From positions 1-10,978 of the forward strand of contig DASXQR010000043.1 of the NCBI GenBank assembly GCA_036507075.1: 10,978 bases of DNA, written 5' to 3'. The DNA is from Acidobacteriota bacterium. GTDB lineage: Bacteria > Acidobacteriota > UBA6911 > JACQSX01. Both the position numbers and the translations under genes were made by a program. Under the pieces are notes generated by a model, which was given only the letters and a program-made list of their open reading frames with translations, was not told the DNA's origin and searched no databases. Positions 7,843-10,978 of the stretch are shown here, piece by piece (within the stretch, counting starts at the first letter, position 1; the number at the start of each line of letters is the position of its first letter).

Positions 7843-7986
7843 CTCAGTCCCTCAGTCCCTCAGTCCCTCAGTCCCTCAGTCTCTCAGTCTCTCAGTCTCT
7901 CAGTCCCTCAGTCTCTCAGTCTCTCAGTCTCTCAGTCTCTCAGTCTCTCAGTCCCTCAGTCTCTCAGTCCCTCAGTCCCTCAGTCC
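7843..7986. repeat. Octamer tandem repeat (CTCAGTCY)x18
   Basis: 18 contiguous units, nine CTCAGTCC and nine CTCAGTCT, with no spacers. Confidence 0.97.
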
Positions 7987-8040
7987 GTCGGTTGCACGCC
8001 ACCGCAGCTTCCCTGTATTCTTTCCCTGTTAACTTGCCCC

Positions 8041-8049
8041 TGCTAACTT
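8041..8049 (+). promoter_or_regulatory. Possible extended -10 promoter element for the tRNA
   Basis: TGcTAACTT ends 11 nt before the tRNA 5' end and resembles TGn-TATAAT. Only a weak -35 (TTCCCT, 8022-8027) is present. Confidence 0.35.
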
Positions 8050-8060
8050 GCCACTTGTGC

Positions 8061-8150
8061 GGAGGAGTGCGTGAGTGGTTGAAACGGGCGGTCTTGAAAA
8101 CCGCTGTGGCCGAAAGGCCACCGTGGGTTCGAATCCTACCTCCTCCGCCA
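8061..8150 (+). tRNA. tRNA-Ser (anticodon TGA)
   Basis: Acceptor stem GGAGGAG/CTCCTCC, discriminator G and encoded CCA. Anticodon arm GCGGT-CTTGAAA-ACCGC. Long variable arm GTGGCC-GAAA-GGCCAC. T-arm with GTTCGAATC. Length 90 nt. Confidence 0.98.
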
Positions 8151-8315
8151 TTCAAGTTCACTGTCGGCAGTGGCAGGAATACCGGTCGACGGATTCGTTT
8201 GAAAATTACTTACCAACCGCAACTGGCTTCAGACGTCGCTCTCCATCTTCGACGCAAGAGTTTTGCAGATATCCAGGCTGGCTTCGCAACCAGACTCGGG
8301 TGAGAATTAGTGAGG

Positions 8316-9146
8316 ATGACGAGGAAGTCGGAACTGGATGAAATTGGACCGTGGTCTGAAATCAAACTTGAGATCATCCGAGAGTATGCCTCGGCCTACT
8401 CAAGAATCCTGGCCGCTCAGAAATCCCCCAGACTGTTTCACGTTTACATTGACGCATTTGCTGGCGCTGGCGTTCACGTTTCCAGAACCTCAGGAAGTTT
8501 TGTCCGCGGCAGCCCCCTAAATGCTCTCCTTATCGAACCTCCATTCCGCGCATACCACCTGATCGATATTGAGACCGATAAGGTTGCGTCATTGAGAAAA
8601 GTCACGGCTGGACGGCAGGACGTTAAGATCTACGAGGGCGACTGCAATCCTATCTTGTTGAACGAGGTCTTCCCAAAAATCAAATATGAAGATTATCGCC
8701 GTGGCCTATGTTTGCTAGATCCTTACGGTCTTCACCTTCATTGGAAAGTCATCGAGGCGGCTGGAAGAATGAAGAGTCTGGAAATATTTCTGAATTTCCC
8801 AATAGCCGACATAAACAGAAACGCGCTGCTCCGCGATCCGGACGCCGCAAAGCCAGAGCACATTAGGCGCATGAATGCCTACTGGGGAGACGACTCTTGG
8901 CGAACCATCGCATATTCTAAGAAGCGAAACTTGTTTGGCGAATATCTGGAGAAAGAGAGTAACGAAGCAATTGCTGAGGCCTTCCAGAAACGGCTACGAA
9001 AGGTGGCGGGTTTTGGATGGGTACCAGAGCCGATACCTATGAAAAACTCCCGAGGGGCCGTGGTTTATTATCTCTTCTTTGCCTCCCAGAAGCCGGTGGC
9101 GGCTCAGATCGTTAAGGATATTTTTACAAAATATCGTCAATTCTGA
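8316..9146 (+). CDS. tcmP: Three-Cys-motif partner protein (TcmP family), SAM-dependent methyltransferase-like
   Basis: Motifs W(S)EIKLEII..Y, YIDAFAGAG (Rossmann SAM motif I), GSP, IDIE, GDCN, LLDPYG and C-terminal YYLFFAS. It lies next to a DUF5131 gene, the known partner of this family. GTG at 8310 is an alternative start. Confidence 0.87.
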   Translation: MTRKSELDEIGPWSEIKLEIIREYASAYSRILAAQKSPRLFHVYIDAFAGAGVHVSRTSGSFVRGSPLNALLIEPPFRAYHLIDIETDKVASLRKVTAGRQDVKIYEGDCNPILLNEVFPKIKYEDYRRGLCLLDPYGLHLHWKVIEAAGRMKSLEIFLNFPIADINRNALLRDPDAAKPEHIRRMNAYWGDDSWRTIAYSKKRNLFGEYLEKESNEAIAEAFQKRLRKVAGFGWVPEPIPMKNSRGAVVYYLFFASQKPVAAQIVKDIFTKYRQF

Positions 9147-9181
9147 GTTATGATCGCATAAGGTGAACAAAAGGTGAAATA

Positions 9182-9901
9182 ATGGCCTACGCCTCCGCCA
9201 TCGAGTGGACTGAAAGCACGTGGAATCCCGTGACTGGGTGCACCAAGATCAGCCCAGGCTGTAAGTTCTGCTATGCAGAGCGGTTTTCTGAGCGATTTCG
9301 AGGGGTTCCAGGGCATCCATTCGAGCAGGGCTTTGACTTGAAGCTCCACCCGGAGCGCCTGAATCAACCGCTGCATTGGAAACGGCCCCGAATTATCTTC
9401 GTCAATTCTATGAGCGACCTCTTCCACGAAGACATTCCAACTGAATACGTCTGTCAAGTCTTTCAGGTGATGCGTCGGGCCAGTCATCACACCTTCCAAG
9501 TGCTTACCAAGCGCCCGGAACGCCTTCGTGACTTTTGCGATGCTTACATCGGTGACGTTCCGACGAATGTGTGGATTGGAGTGTCAGTGGAGAATCAAAA
9601 ATATACTTGGCGAATTGACTACCTCAGAAAAGTAAACGCGCACGTTCGATTTTTAAGCTGCGAGCCGCTCCTGGGGCCGCTGGAGCTCAATCTAAAAGGG
9701 ATTCATTGGGTCATCGTAGGTGGTGAGTCTGGGCCTGGAGCGCGTCCAATGAATCCCCAGTGGGTGAGAGACATCCGCGAGCAGTGCACTAGAGCCAAGA
9801 TTCCGTTCTTCTTCAAACAATGGGGTGGTGTTCACAAAAGTAAAACGGGTCGCACTCTTGACAGAAGAATTTGGGATGAAATGCCTGCAAGCTCTATTTG
9901 A
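9182..9901 (+). CDS. DUF5131 / phage Gp37-Gp68 family protein (radical-SAM-like, Cx6CxxC)
   Basis: Family motifs SAIEWTESTWNPVTGCTKISPGCKFCYAE, FVNSMSDLFH, QVLTKRP, NVWIGVSVE, FLSCEPLLG, WVIVGGESG and FFFKQWGG. AAGGTG Shine-Dalgarno-like sequence upstream. Confidence 0.93.
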   Translation: MAYASAIEWTESTWNPVTGCTKISPGCKFCYAERFSERFRGVPGHPFEQGFDLKLHPERLNQPLHWKRPRIIFVNSMSDLFHEDIPTEYVCQVFQVMRRASHHTFQVLTKRPERLRDFCDAYIGDVPTNVWIGVSVENQKYTWRIDYLRKVNAHVRFLSCEPLLGPLELNLKGIHWVIVGGESGPGARPMNPQWVRDIREQCTRAKIPFFFKQWGGVHKSKTGRTLDRRIWDEMPASSI

Positions 9902-9970
9902 AGTAGGATCCCCGCTACGGGTCTCGCTGGCCGTTTTTCGCCAAAAAATCAAGCCCGTTTTGAATTCAGA

Positions 9971-10021
9971 ATGAAAAAGTTTGACATTGAAGCTCTCAAG
10001 CGAGCGTACAGCGGAAAATAA
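9971..10021 (+). pseudogene. 3'-terminal remnant of a VOC/PhnB-like (3-dmu-9_3-mt family) gene
   Basis: Translates as MKKFDIEALKRAYSGK*, resembling the C-terminal MKKxDIxxLxxA helix of PhnB-like VOC proteins. The rest of the gene is absent. Only 16 aa, recognised by eye. Confidence 0.55.
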
Positions 10022-10033
10022 TTTAAGTATTTA

Positions 10034-10434
10034 TTGCCGCCAAAGAAAATTATGAAAAAAATGCTAAAACCAAAAAGTGTAGACGCTTACATTGCAGCGG
10101 CTCCGAAAGAAGTGCAGAGAAAACTTAAAGAGCTTCGGGCAACAATCAGAAAAACGGCTCCAGATGCTGAGGAGCGCATCAGTTACGGGATGCCTTATTA
10201 CGGATACAAGGGCCGACTCGCTTATTTTGCGGCTTTCAAAAAACACATTGGACTTTATGTGCCCCCTCCAGTGATAGAGGAGCACAAAAGCGAACTAAAA
10301 GATTATGAAACCGCCAGAGCAACCGTTCGCTTTCCTCTCGACAAAAAACTTCCTATCGCGCTCATAAGGAAGCTCGTGAGGGCGCGAATGAAAAAGAACG
10401 AGGCGAAAAAATAAGAATTTGCCGCCGAAGAAAA
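10034..10434 (+). repeat. Imperfect direct repeat bracketing the DUF1801 gene
   Basis: TTGCCGCCAAAGAAAA (10034-10049) and TTGCCGCCGAAGAAAA (10419-10434) are 15/16 identical, and both are followed 3 nt later by TGAAA. Confidence 0.7.
10052..10414 (+). CDS. DUF1801 / YdhG-like protein
   Basis: SVDAYIAAAP..LKELRATIRKTAPDAEERISYGMPYY..LAYFAAFKKHIGLY..TVRFPLDKKLP..LIRKLV is the DUF1801 pattern. ATG 10052 (or 10061) is preferred over TTG 10034. Confidence 0.9.
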   Translation: MKKMLKPKSVDAYIAAAPKEVQRKLKELRATIRKTAPDAEERISYGMPYYGYKGRLAYFAAFKKHIGLYVPPPVIEEHKSELKDYETARATVRFPLDKKLPIALIRKLVRARMKKNEAKK

Positions 10435-10470
10435 GCTTGAAATCGTCCTTTCCGATCCGGTTCCCGCCTT

Positions 10471-10863
10471 TCACTCAAAAGTTTCGGTCGAGCAGTCGTC
10501 GTGCCAGATCACTTCGCCATTTGTCGAATAAAGGAATGGCACTCCGTAGCCGCGGAAGTTGAAGGATTTGCCCGTCAGTCCCTTGGCGTAGCGTTCGGCT
10601 TGCGAGAGCACGTTCTGCGGGCCGAGGGTGAGTTTCTTGGCTTCGACGACACCGAGGATCTTGCCGTCAACGCAGAGAGCATAGTCGGAGGGCCCGTTTT
10701 CAGTCGGATACTCTTCGATCGCGCAACGGTCGTAAGCGCGGAGGGGTTTCGAGGAATCGAATTTGTTTTCGGGAACGATGCGCCAACCGGCATCGGTAAG
10801 CCCTTTATCGATGAGTTGTTCTCGGGTGAGTCTTTCCGAGTTTTTAGGCGAAGCCTTTAGCAT
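10471..10863 (-). pseudogene. hsdR: Truncated type I restriction enzyme R subunit (HsdR N-terminal nuclease domain only, EcoEI/EcoKI-like)
   Basis: SE..TR..LID..L..AGW, EEYPTENGPSDYAL, VVEAKK (PD-(D/E)xK), QAERY and PFLYSTNG..IW. The frame stops after 130 aa with no helicase motifs; full-length HsdR is far longer. Confidence 0.85.
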
Positions 10864-10978
10864 CTCTAAATTTCCGGTTCATTATTGGTTAAGGCCGGGC
10901 CTGCTGTGAAACAAGCGACACAATCGCCTTGATGCTCGATTCTTCGAATATGTGCTACCATCAGCTCGCTGCTGCCTA

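Noticed and set aside
7843..7986. Possible CRISPR array
   Set aside because: The units are 8 nt and contiguous, with no unique spacers and no cas genes. The same applies to the other repeat tracts.
7964..8341. ORFs 7964-8161(-), 7992-8303(+) and 8075-8341(+)
   Set aside because: They overlap the tRNA-Ser gene and have no protein motifs.
9182..9901. Prophage, based on the 'phage Gp37/Gp68' family name
   Set aside because: No structural, packaging or integrase genes are in the window, and the family also occurs outside phages.
9981..9986. Perfect TTGACA -35 box upstream of the DUF1801 gene
   Set aside because: No -10 hexamer lies 16-18 nt downstream. The hexamer is explained by the TTT GAC ATT codons of the gene remnant.

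Overview
Bacterial chromosomal window in two parts, meeting at a tRNA-Ser(TGA) gene (8061-8150). The GC-rich left part holds a NRAMP Mn2+ transporter (mntH), a universal stress protein and a convergent hypothetical ORF. It also holds a translationally coupled three-gene glycan operon: a small membrane protein, a GT-C (ArnT/PMT-like) glycosyltransferase and a 1127-aa GH18-CE4-GT2 fusion. Nearly every intergenic gap here carries a different repeat: a GTAG-type palindrome, a ~200-nt nested heptamer inverted repeat, a 20-bp inverted repeat with a decamer loop, a heptamer tract and an 18-copy octamer tract. The part right of the tRNA looks accessory and becomes AT-richer. It contains a TcmP-like SAM methyltransferase paired with a DUF5131 (Gp37/Gp68) Cx6CxxC radical-SAM-like protein, a DUF1801 gene bracketed by a direct repeat and preceded by a VOC/PhnB-like remnant, and a truncated type I hsdR. 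The best candidates for poorly characterised systems are the TcmP/DUF5131 pair, the GT-C plus GH18-CE4-GT2 operon and the strand-polarised repeat hairpins. Family assignments come from motifs recognised by eye; no database searches were run.
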